Part shown: positions 1-8,513 of the stretch, in pieces
Layout: each line of letters starts with the position of its first letter
How positions within the stretch are numbered: position 1 is the stretch's first letter
DNA from: Candidatus Binatia bacterium
GTDB lineage: Bacteria; Desulfobacterota; Binatia; UBA12015
Length of the DNA stretch: 64,000 nucleotides
Assembly: GCA_965658895.1 (NCBI GenBank)
Contig: CBFHUR010000002.1
Coordinates: 21,451-85,450 of the forward strand
Reading direction: 5' to 3'
Notes under the pieces: generated by a model
Databases searched by the model: none
Told to the model about the DNA's origin: nothing
Seen by the model: the letters and a program-made list of their open reading frames with translations, nothing else
Made by a program: the position numbers and the translations under genes

Positions 1-834
1 GCGCTTCACCTGCTCGCACCCCGATTGGTAGCTTATCCTCTCATCGACAGCGGCAGCGACGCTCAAAAATCGCGCTACCTGCCTGGCTTCGGCGAAAAGT
101 TCCGCGCGGCGGCGGCCGCCATTGTCGAGCCGCGTTTTGACTTCGACCCTGCCTGCCCGGAGACCACGGCGCAAAAACAGGACGATGGCTGGGTCCTCAC
201 CGGCGAGAAGTGCTTCGTCCCGATGGCCGCCGACGCCGAGGTTCTCCTGGTCACCGCCAACGCCGGCGGCCGTGTCGCTGCCTTTCTCGTCGACCGGGAT
301 ACCAATGGCGTGACGATCCGCGAGCGCGAAAAGAATATGGGCATCAAGGCCCTGGCCACCTACGAGGTCGTTCTGGAGAACGTCAAGGTCCCTCTGGACG
401 CCGAGTTGGGCGAAGGCTCCGGCTTCGACATGCAGCGCATGACCAACCAGGCGCGTTTGGCCATTGCCGCACTTGCCGTCGGCGTTTCACGCGGTGCCTA
501 CGAATTTTCTGTCGACTATGCCAAGGATCGGACCGCGTTCGGCGTCCCGATCGCACAAAAGCAGGCCGTTGCCTTCATGCTGGCCGACATGGCCATCGAA
601 GTCGATGCTTCTCGACTCCTTCTCTGGGAGGCCGCGCATAAGATTGATGCGGGTGAGGATGCAACGCGCGAGTGTTTTCTCGCCAAACGATACGCGGCTC
701 AGGCTTGCCTGAAGATCAGCGATAACGCTGTCCAGGTTCTGGGTGGCCATGGTTATATCCGCGATTTTCCCGTCGAAATGTGGCTGCGCAATGCGCGCGG
801 GTTCTCCAGCTTCGAAGGCATGGCACTGGTTTAG
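1..834 (+). CDS. acyl-CoA dehydrogenase, C-terminal part (5' end lies outside the window)
   Basis: Reading frame is open from base 1. C-terminal ACAD hallmarks (FGV/IAQ, VLGGHGY, W..NARG) are present, with stop TAG at 832-834. Confidence 0.7.
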   Translation, partial: ALHLLAPRLVAYPLIDSGSDAQKSRYLPGFGEKFRAAAAAIVEPRFDFDPACPETTAQKQDDGWVLTGEKCFVPMAADAEVLLVTANAGGRVAAFLVDRDTNGVTIREREKNMGIKALATYEVVLENVKVPLDAELGEGSGFDMQRMTNQARLAIAALAVGVSRGAYEFSVDYAKDRTAFGVPIAQKQAVAFMLADMAIEVDASRLLLWEAAHKIDAGEDATRECFLAKRYAAQACLKISDNAVQVLGGHGYIRDFPVEMWLRNARGFSSFEGMALV

Positions 835-847
835 GAAGGAATATTTG

Positions 848-2065
848 ATGATCAACTTTCAACACTCCGAAAAAGTAGAAGCTTCTCGAGAACTGATTCA
901 TAGCGTCGCCGCCGACGCCATGCGGCCGATCTCTCGTGAGTACGACGAAAATGAACACGCCATGCCCAAGGACTTCTGGAACTTCATGTGGCAAGTCAGC
1001 GGTGGCAAGCCCATGGGTATCGACGATTCCGACGGCGGGAACAAAGGCCCGAAGGAAAGCAATGTTGCCGCGTGCATTACCGTTGAGGAACTTTCCTGGG
1101 GCGACGCCGGACTCTACCTCTCGATCCCGAACCCGGGACTCGGGGGCGCCGCCGTCTCCGCCGCCGGCACACCTGAGCAGAAGAAGCGCTTTCTCGCACG
1201 GTTCAGCGAGGGCGACCCGAAATGGGCCGCCATGGCGATCACCGAGCCCCATTGCGGATCCGACTCGGCAGCCCTGCGCACCACCGCCACGCGCGAAGGC
1301 GATGAGTGGGTCATCAATGGCACCAAGATCTATTGTACCGCCGGCTTGATGGCTGGAGAGAAGTCCGACGGATTTGTCGTCGTCTGGGCGACCGTCGACA
1401 AATCGGCTGGCCGCGCAGGGATCAAGTCCTTTGTGGTCGAGAACAACACGCCGGGCATGAAGGTCATCAAGATTGAGGACAAGATGGGGATCCGCGCCTC
1501 GGATACCGCCATGATCGTCTTTGAAGATTGTCGGATCCCGGCCGACAATGTGCTTGGCGATCCCGGCGTGGCGCAGACCACCGAGGGCTTCAAAGGTGCG
1601 ATGGCGACCTTCGATGCGACGCGACCGATTGTTGCGGCAAGCGCTCTCGGAATCGGACAGGCAGCTCTTGATATGGCGCGCGAGGAACTCGAGAAGCGCG
1701 GCGTCACCATCCGCTACGGGCTGCCCGATTCGCAGCTCACGGCTTTGGAAGCCGACTATATGCAGGTCGAGAGCGATCTGCATGCAGCCCGTCTGCTCAC
1801 CTGGCGTGCTGCCTGGATGATGGACCGGGGCAAACGCAACAACCTGGAAGCTTCGATGTGCAAGGCCAAGGCGGGTTTGGCCGTCACACGCGCCACCCAA
1901 AAGGCCGTCGAATTTCTGGGGCCGCAGGGCTATTCCCGGCAGCTGCTTCTCGAGAAGTGGATGCGGGATGCGAAGATCAACGACATCTTCGAAGGCACCC
2001 AGCAGATCAATATGCTGATCGTCGCCAGGCGAATTCTTGGTTATTCCAGCAAGGAACTTTCCTGA
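848..2065 (+). CDS. acyl-CoA dehydrogenase family protein (second of an adjacent pair)
   Basis: RBS AGGAAGGA at 834-840 and ATG at 848. ACAD-like N, middle and C-terminal regions (GG..GLG., ITEP..GSD, GTK.Y.T., DIFEGT). The start of the 440-aa ORF-track entry was trimmed to MINFQ. Confidence 0.7.
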   Translation: MINFQHSEKVEASRELIHSVAADAMRPISREYDENEHAMPKDFWNFMWQVSGGKPMGIDDSDGGNKGPKESNVAACITVEELSWGDAGLYLSIPNPGLGGAAVSAAGTPEQKKRFLARFSEGDPKWAAMAITEPHCGSDSAALRTTATREGDEWVINGTKIYCTAGLMAGEKSDGFVVVWATVDKSAGRAGIKSFVVENNTPGMKVIKIEDKMGIRASDTAMIVFEDCRIPADNVLGDPGVAQTTEGFKGAMATFDATRPIVAASALGIGQAALDMAREELEKRGVTIRYGLPDSQLTALEADYMQVESDLHAARLLTWRAAWMMDRGKRNNLEASMCKAKAGLAVTRATQKAVEFLGPQGYSRQLLLEKWMRDAKINDIFEGTQQINMLIVARRILGYSSKELS

Positions 2066-2125
2066 GCCTCAAGGATATCGGAAAGGGCCCTCGCGCAACC
2101 GCGGGGGCCCTTTTTGCTTCGGCCC

Positions 2126-4501
2126 CTACAAACCCTCCGGCAAGGTCCCGATGATGGAGCGATCCTGCAGATCGCGGATCTCGTCGTCTCCGAGCCCGAG
2201 CGACTGCAGAATGATCTCATTGTGTTCTCCGAGCAGAGGCGCGGGTTCCCGCAGCCAGCGTTCCACCGAGCCAAAGCGAAACGGCATGCCGATAAATTTC
2301 TGCTGGCCAACAACCGGGTGCACCAATTCCTCATAGGTGCCCCGGTGGATAAATTGCGGGTGCGCCGAGAGGGATCGAGGATCGGCGGGAATCGCCGCCG
2401 GAACGCCTGCGTCCCGGAGTTTTCGGACCAGGGACTCGCGGTCCATCTCGGCAAACATCTCGGCGAGGTGGGCGAGAAGTTCCTCCTCGCCACTCTTGCG
2501 CCGCCCCAGATCCGCCGACGCCCAATCGCTGGCCCACGCCGGTTGTCCGAGGCAATCCAATAACGCGTCCCATTGCTCGACTGTCGCGATCGACAGGGCG
2601 ATCCAGGCAGGTGATACCGCATCCTCGGATGCCAGCGTTTTCAAAAGCCCCTGCGGCGCCGCCTCTGCTGTCCGGTTCCCCTGGCGCTCCATGAGATTGC
2701 CATAGGCCGTGAATTCAATGACCTGCTCGGCGGCGACGTTCAATGCGCCCTCCACCATCGCGCACTCCAGGAAAGCACCCCGTCCGGTATCGGCGCGGCG
2801 CTCCAGAGCTGCCAGGATTGCGAACGCGGCATGAACTCCCGCAAGGGGATCACAGGGCCCGCGTTGAATGCGGGGCTGATCGTTCACATGACCAGTCAGC
2901 CATGCCAGACCCGCGAGTTGTTCCATGGTTTGGGCAAAGCCCACATGATCGCGCCAGGGACCATCGACGCCAAAGGCCGGCATGCGGGCATAGACACATC
3001 GAGGATTGATCTCCTCGACAGCCTCGCGGGTGAAACCGAAGCCGTCCATTACGCGTGGGCTGTAGTTCTCCAGAAGCACATCGGATTCTGCGATCAGCTT
3101 TGCGAAGATGTCCCTGCCCGCCGGCTCATTCAGGTTCAGAGCCAGGTCCTGCTTGTTGGTATTGGCGGAAAGAAAAAAGGTGCTGCACTCCCACCAGTTC
3201 TCATGCTGGCCGGCAAACATCCCGCCGATCATCCGCGCACCATCGGGCTTGCGGGTGGATTCCACATGAATGACTTCGGCACCAAGGCAGCCCAGAAAAT
3301 GACTGGCCGAGGGACCCGCCCACCAATTGGAGGCATCGAGGACGCGAACCCCTCGCAACGGAAGATCCAGTGAATCGCCAATCGCTGCGGAGGCCGGAGA
3401 CTTGTCTTCGATTTTTCCCTGATGCTCGTGCAGTTCGGGTGCCGGGCGCGGCGCGGGTAGTTCCTCGCCATCCACGCGATAGGGTGGACGTGGGCGAAGA
3501 AATCCGCGCGAGGGATCTTCGCTGTAGATACCGCGCGCCACCAGATGCTCGTGCTCGAGAACGCTCTGACCGTTGGACACGGGAGCTACCGGTACGCGCA
3601 GCGCCGAGGCGAGCTCCACGATCTCGGCTGTGCTCCGGTTGATCGTCCAGGAGTTCACGATGCCTTCCCACTCGACCAGGCGCGCCATCCGATCAGGGAC
3701 TTGATTGAACTCTCCTGTCGCGATCAGATCTGCACGATCGATCATGACCAGAAAGTCCTGAATCTGCTGTTGGGTATTTGTATTGAAACCCACAAAGCCA
3801 TCACGAGTTCGGTGGATCGAGGGAGTTTCCACACTCTGCATCGCGCCGGCTACCGGCGGGCGACCCAGAAGACCCCACATCAGATCAAGGTACGTCGTCG
3901 ACGCGAGGGCCATGGCCTCCTGAAGAGAAAAGTCGATGTGTTCGCCAACGCCGGTGCGTGCCGCTCCGTGCAAGGCACCTAATGCAGCCACACCGGCAAA
4001 GGTGCCACCCATCCATTCGGTTGTGCGCGCGCCTGCCTGATAGGGCTCGCCTTCCGGAAGACCACGAATGGCGAGACTCCCGGATTCGGCCTGAATGATG
4101 AACTCCGTGCTGGCCGTTTCCGCCAGGGGCCCACTGAGACCGAAGGGCGAGATCGAGAGAATCACAAGCTGTGGATATCTCTCCCGCAACTCGTCGCGAT
4201 CATGCGGAAAGACTCCACCAAGGTCCTCGACAATCAGGTGCGTGGAGCTCAGAAGCGCTTCGACCTCGCCGCCTGTATCGGCAATGGACCTCTTCGATGC
4301 GTTCAAAAAACGGAAGAGGGCACCATCGCGACCGGCGAGGTCCCCACCCGTCGCCGACCAATTCCTCAAGGGGTCGCCGTCACCAGCCTCGACTTTGATG
4401 ACATCCGCGCCAGCATCGGCAAAGAGTTTGGTCGCATACGGCCCGGCAATGTTTGACGAAAAATCGAGGACGCGAAATTTGGAAAGTGCTGGGCCCTGCA
4501 T
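2126..4501 (-). CDS. fused tandem family-III CoA-transferase (two CaiB/BaiF-like domains in one 791-aa chain)
   Basis: N-terminal 'FRVLDFSSNIAGPYATKLFADAGADVIKVE' and internal 'VRVLDASNWWAGPSASHFLGCLGAEVIHVES' both match the family-III CoA-transferase Rossmann start. Confidence 0.65.
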   Translation of the reverse strand: MQGPALSKFRVLDFSSNIAGPYATKLFADAGADVIKVEAGDGDPLRNWSATGGDLAGRDGALFRFLNASKRSIADTGGEVEALLSSTHLIVEDLGGVFPHDRDELRERYPQLVILSISPFGLSGPLAETASTEFIIQAESGSLAIRGLPEGEPYQAGARTTEWMGGTFAGVAALGALHGAARTGVGEHIDFSLQEAMALASTTYLDLMWGLLGRPPVAGAMQSVETPSIHRTRDGFVGFNTNTQQQIQDFLVMIDRADLIATGEFNQVPDRMARLVEWEGIVNSWTINRSTAEIVELASALRVPVAPVSNGQSVLEHEHLVARGIYSEDPSRGFLRPRPPYRVDGEELPAPRPAPELHEHQGKIEDKSPASAAIGDSLDLPLRGVRVLDASNWWAGPSASHFLGCLGAEVIHVESTRKPDGARMIGGMFAGQHENWWECSTFFLSANTNKQDLALNLNEPAGRDIFAKLIAESDVLLENYSPRVMDGFGFTREAVEEINPRCVYARMPAFGVDGPWRDHVGFAQTMEQLAGLAWLTGHVNDQPRIQRGPCDPLAGVHAAFAILAALERRADTGRGAFLECAMVEGALNVAAEQVIEFTAYGNLMERQGNRTAEAAPQGLLKTLASEDAVSPAWIALSIATVEQWDALLDCLGQPAWASDWASADLGRRKSGEEELLAHLAEMFAEMDRESLVRKLRDAGVPAAIPADPRSLSAHPQFIHRGTYEELVHPVVGQQKFIGMPFRFGSVERWLREPAPLLGEHNEIILQSLGLGDDEIRDLQDRSIIGTLPEGL

Positions 4502-4502
4502 A

Positions 4503-5678
4503 TCAGGACAGCCCGTAAAGCTCGGCGGCTGTATCGTGCAGGACCTTGCCTACAATGGATTCCGGGATATCCGCAAGAACCCGGCCCGCATAGACGTGCG
4601 GATGGCTGCCGGCGCTTGCCGGCCCGGGTGCCTGACACGTCGGATGGGGATAATCGGTCTCGTAGAGAATGTTGTCAGGGAACATTTCCAATGCGGCCGC
4701 GATCCCGTTCTCCTCGAACCAGAAGCTGCCGTAGATCTGGCGACGGAAATATTCGCTCGGAAGGAGGTCGTACTCCGGATGCTCCTTGACCACCCCATTG
4801 TTCTTCCACTGCCAGTCCAATGCTTCGATCACGAACGGCAACCAGCTCACGCCACTTTCAACCGAGACCATCTTCAAGCGAGGAAAGCGGTGCGGGATGC
4901 CCCCCATGATGATGTCGGCCAGGCAGCGCCCATTGTCCAGAAACGCCATCGCCGAGGCGCGCGCAAAATTTGCTTTCGCACCGATACCGGCGACATCGTT
5001 CGCCACGTGCGAAACATCACCGCCGCCGACATGGAAACTGATCGACATGCCTGCTTCCTGCGCGGCCGCCCAGATCGGATCCCAGTGACGATCACGTAGA
5101 AGAGGCTGTCCATGGTCCTGAGGCTGGTTGCACATCAAGACCGCACGGTAGCCCAGCAGAGCACATCGCTGGATTTCGCGAACCGTCTCCGGGATGTCCC
5201 AAAAGGGCGTCGCCATGACCGGCACAAGGCGCGCGCTATCGGCCGCACACCACTCCAGCAGCCAATCATTATAGGCGCGAACACATTCGAGCATCAGTTC
5301 CGGTTCGCCCAATTTGAGAAACCCGCCCATCCCGAAACCACCCACATTCGGATAGATCACACAGGCCTGGATGTTCTCTTCGTCCAGAAAGGCCAACCTC
5401 GCCTTGGCCTCATACATGGAGGCCGGGATGTCCGCATAGGTTTTCCGGAAATCGGGAAAGGTCCCATCATGACCCGCCGCCGAATAGGCTCCCGGCATCC
5501 CGATGGGCAGATCTCCGACCATCCAGAGATCCAGATCGCCGACACGCTGGATATGAGGCACTCGATCCCCCCACCGCTTGGCGACCCGGCCCTCCCAAAC
5601 GTCCGGGGGTTCGGTCACATGCGTATCAATATCGATCACTTTGTATTTTTCGAAAATCGGCGTTTGCGCTGCTTCCAA
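4503..5678 (-). CDS. amidohydrolase-2 family metal-dependent hydrolase/decarboxylase (ACMSD/LigW-like TIM barrel)
   Basis: 'DIDTHVTEPPDVWE' N-terminal metal-binding motif, with later HxGG and D..M.. segments. Confidence 0.6.
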   Translation of the reverse strand: MEAAQTPIFEKYKVIDIDTHVTEPPDVWEGRVAKRWGDRVPHIQRVGDLDLWMVGDLPIGMPGAYSAAGHDGTFPDFRKTYADIPASMYEAKARLAFLDEENIQACVIYPNVGGFGMGGFLKLGEPELMLECVRAYNDWLLEWCAADSARLVPVMATPFWDIPETVREIQRCALLGYRAVLMCNQPQDHGQPLLRDRHWDPIWAAAQEAGMSISFHVGGGDVSHVANDVAGIGAKANFARASAMAFLDNGRCLADIIMGGIPHRFPRLKMVSVESGVSWLPFVIEALDWQWKNNGVVKEHPEYDLLPSEYFRRQIYGSFWFEENGIAAALEMFPDNILYETDYPHPTCQAPGPASAGSHPHVYAGRVLADIPESIVGKVLHDTAAELYGLS

Positions 5679-5979
5679 GATGATCTCCTGTCGAGGGAAG
5701 TTTCCCTACACCTAGCACCTGTGGCCCAAAGACTACCAACCAACGGCATACGGTCCGGGCAGTAGGTGTATTCCCCTATAAACAAATGTACACAACTGTC
5801 ACTTCTGCGCCGCCATTTTTGTACCGCAGACAATATGCGCTTTGATGGCGGCTCCGCTAAAATTCGAATTATCCCTGATTTTTTAGTGCCTTAGGGCTTG
5901 CCATGCGGATCTCCTACTCCTGGCTGGCGATGGCATGCGCCTTGCAATCCATAGAGATCAACATCGCAAGGAGAAAATC

Positions 5980-6147
5980 ATGAAACCATACGTCACACTT
6001 GTAGATCTCGTCGAGATCGTTTCGGAATTCGCGCAGAGCGAGAGTGAGCTCATCGCCACCGTCATTCACCTGATCAAAAGCGGCCAGGTGGAGCTTCGGT
6101 CGCCTACGCAACCCGTCGCCATGGAGCCGATCCATGCGTTCGCCTGA
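5980..6147 (+). CDS. small hypothetical protein (55 aa)
   Basis: Strong RBS GCAAGGAGAAAATC directly upstream of ATG 5980. The stop overlaps the next ATG in an ATGA arrangement. Codon third positions are GC-biased. Confidence 0.35.
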   Translation: MKPYVTLVDLVEIVSEFAQSESELIATVIHLIKSGQVELRSPTQPVAMEPIHAFA

Positions 6148-6373
6148 GAAGCGCAAGACGTCCGCCGATTTGCAGGCCCTGTTGGCTTCCGCCCGCAAGG
6201 ACCGCAAGTTCTACTACGTCTCCGGCCAACCGGTCGAGCTTTGGGAGAACGCAGAAATCCCCTTCGGCTGGTCCGAGGAAGAGCTGGAAGAATACGCTTC
6301 CTCCGGCGACTGGGAATCCCTTTTCAACGCGCTCGTCCTTTCCGCCACACTCGAGCACTCCACCGAGGCCTGA
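6134..6373 (+). CDS. small hypothetical acidic protein (79 aa), translationally coupled to the preceding small ORF
   Basis: Strong GC3 bias and an ATGA overlap with the upstream ORF. No recognisable domain. Confidence 0.45.
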   Translation: MRSPEKRKTSADLQALLASARKDRKFYYVSGQPVELWENAEIPFGWSEEELEEYASSGDWESLFNALVLSATLEHSTEA

Positions 6374-6462
6374 ACCGCCTCAAGGGAGCGCTTCGGAAGT
6401 TCCGTCGACGAGCATTCCCCACGGAAAGATCACCCAATTAAATATTCCTTTTCCCGGCCCGA

Positions 6463-7293
6463 CTAGAACTCGTCCTTCAGGAGTCTGGTCTGGCCAAAGC
6501 GCGTCTCGTCCCGATCATCTGAATCGGGAAAGAGTCTCTGCAGCGTCGCCCGCAGCTCCGGGCTTCCCATGCGCAAAAACGGATTGGTCTCGCGCTCCGA
6601 CGCCAATGTCGTCGGTACGGTAGGTCGATCCTCCCTGCGACGCGCCCGCGACCAGCTCAGCTTGTCCTGGATCGCCTTGCTGCCAGGCTCCAAGGTCTCT
6701 GCGAATTCCAGATTCCGCACCGTGTACTCGTGCCCGCAATAGACATGCGTATCGGCCGGCAAGCGGTTTAATTTCTCCAGCGAGGACATCATCTGCCCGG
6801 CATCGCCCTCGAAGAGGCGACCACAGCCACCGGCAAAAAGAGTATCGCCGGTAAAGACTGTACGCTCCTCGGGAAAATAATAGGCAATATGACCGCTGGT
6901 ATGAGCCGGGATCAGAAGCACCTCGACCATGAGCGAACCGAGGGAGAAACGATCGCCTTCCTGTACCGGTTTGGTAATCGCGGGGATTCTCTCTGCGTCA
7001 TCCGCGCTACCATAGACTTCAACAGGCTGCGCGGCGGCAATTTCTTCATTGCCGCCCACGTGGTCCCAATGGTGGTGTGTCGACAGCACCGTGGTGATCT
7101 CGACCCCGAGACCTCTTGCTGCCTCCAGAACCGGAGGCACTTCGGCGCAATCCACCACGGCGGCCACCTTTTCACCCGGAGGTAAAATCAAATAGCTGTA
7201 ATTATCTTGAAGGACGGGTACCGGGACGACTTGCAAGGTCTTTGTCTCCTTGATTTTCCTGCTTCGAGTTCCGTGGTCGAAAATCTTCCTCAT
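6463..7293 (-). CDS. gloB: hydroxyacylglutathione hydrolase (glyoxalase II, MBL fold)
   Basis: THHHWDHVGG metal motif, 'VLQDNYSYLI' N-terminus and a GloB-type C-terminal helix. Start trimmed to MRKIF (ATG at 7293). The 52-aa Arg-rich N-extension in the ORF track is judged an artefact. Confidence 0.7.
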   Translation of the reverse strand: MRKIFDHGTRSRKIKETKTLQVVPVPVLQDNYSYLILPPGEKVAAVVDCAEVPPVLEAARGLGVEITTVLSTHHHWDHVGGNEEIAAAQPVEVYGSADDAERIPAITKPVQEGDRFSLGSLMVEVLLIPAHTSGHIAYYFPEERTVFTGDTLFAGGCGRLFEGDAGQMMSSLEKLNRLPADTHVYCGHEYTVRNLEFAETLEPGSKAIQDKLSWSRARRREDRPTVPTTLASERETNPFLRMGSPELRATLQRLFPDSDDRDETRFGQTRLLKDEF

Positions 7294-7363
7294 AGTGCAC
7301 CACGCCCCGAGGTCCTTCAAGCGAGGTCTTGCACCTGCCGCCGGGGACCGCGACACTTGCGCC

Positions 7364-8434
7364 ATGACCGACCTCTTCCCGCGCGAGCGTTGGGCCGCAC
7401 TGGAACCTCGCGGGGTGCGTGTCGATTTTCCCTTTTTTCTTGCACCCATGGTCGGCTTGTCCCACGTCGCCCTTCGCGAAACCCTGCGCTCCTACACACC
7501 CGCAGGTGCACAATCTCTGGTCTTTACCGAGATGCTCTCCTCGCGGCGCCTTTCCGCCGAACGTGTCGGGGATCGGCCCGAAACCCGCCACGCGCCCCAG
7601 GAGACCAACCTGGTGCCCCAACTTCTCGCCAACGAAGAACACTTTATCGAGATCGCCCTGAAAAAACTCGACGCCATGCAACCCGCCGCGGTCGATATCA
7701 ATATGGGATGCCCGGTCGACAAGGCCCTCAAGCACAATTGGGGTGTCGCTCTGATGGGCGACCCAAAATATGCCGAGGAGGTTGTCCGTGCGACCGTTCG
7801 GCATTCGACCCGGCCCGTCTCGGTAAAGCTCCGCACCGGCCTCGAGGATGACCCGAAGTATCTGGTTGATTTCTCGCAGATGCTGGAAGCTGCCGGCGCC
7901 GCCTGGCTGACGGTCCACCCTCGGATTGCCGCCCAGAAGCGCCGGGGCTTTGCCAACTGGGACTATCTCGGCATGGTCCGGGATGCGGTAAATATCCCCG
8001 TGATCGGCAATGGGGATGTCCAGACAGCGGAGGATGCCCTGGGACTACTTCGTCGGACTGGCTGCGATGGCGTCATGATCGGGCGCGCGGCGGTCGCTCG
8101 CCCCTGGATCCTTTGGCAGATCGGAGAAAAGATCGGCCTGGCTCCCCCGCCGGGCCGGGACGACGCAGCGCCGGCTGACGGTTTTCAGGAAGGGGCGGAA
8201 TACCCTCGGGCCTTCCGGAAGTTTCGCTCTGTTGCGGAAGAATTCTTCTGTGCGGAAGATGCCCGGCGCCGCTCCCGATTTTTCGTTCATTGGGGCGGAC
8301 GCTGGCTGGCCTTCGGGCATGAATTCTGGAGACGCGTCAACTCGGCTGAAAACTTGCTCGAAATGGGGAAAATTTCCGACGAATTTTTCTCGAAAGCGCA
8401 GCGTATGACCGAAAGAACGACGCTGCGAAGCTGA
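7364..8434 (+). CDS. tRNA-dihydrouridine synthase (Dus family, FMN TIM barrel)
   Basis: 'FFLAPMVGLSH', 'INMGCP' and 'VKLRTG' motifs. Divergent from gloB. Start trimmed to MTDLF. Confidence 0.7.
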   Translation: MTDLFPRERWAALEPRGVRVDFPFFLAPMVGLSHVALRETLRSYTPAGAQSLVFTEMLSSRRLSAERVGDRPETRHAPQETNLVPQLLANEEHFIEIALKKLDAMQPAAVDINMGCPVDKALKHNWGVALMGDPKYAEEVVRATVRHSTRPVSVKLRTGLEDDPKYLVDFSQMLEAAGAAWLTVHPRIAAQKRRGFANWDYLGMVRDAVNIPVIGNGDVQTAEDALGLLRRTGCDGVMIGRAAVARPWILWQIGEKIGLAPPPGRDDAAPADGFQEGAEYPRAFRKFRSVAEEFFCAEDARRRSRFFVHWGGRWLAFGHEFWRRVNSAENLLEMGKISDEFFSKAQRMTERTTLRS

Positions 8435-8513
8435 CGATGGCGAGCGTGGATCACGGAGCCTGCGCGTCAGTAAATCCGTAACCCCACCACCCGGGCCTCG
8501 TTATCCCCTCGGC

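Noticed and set aside
7294-7449. 52-aa Arg/Lys-rich N-terminal extension of gloB
   Set aside because: GloB homology starts at MRKIF. The extension would overlap the divergent dus promoter and start, and has no secretion or transit logic.
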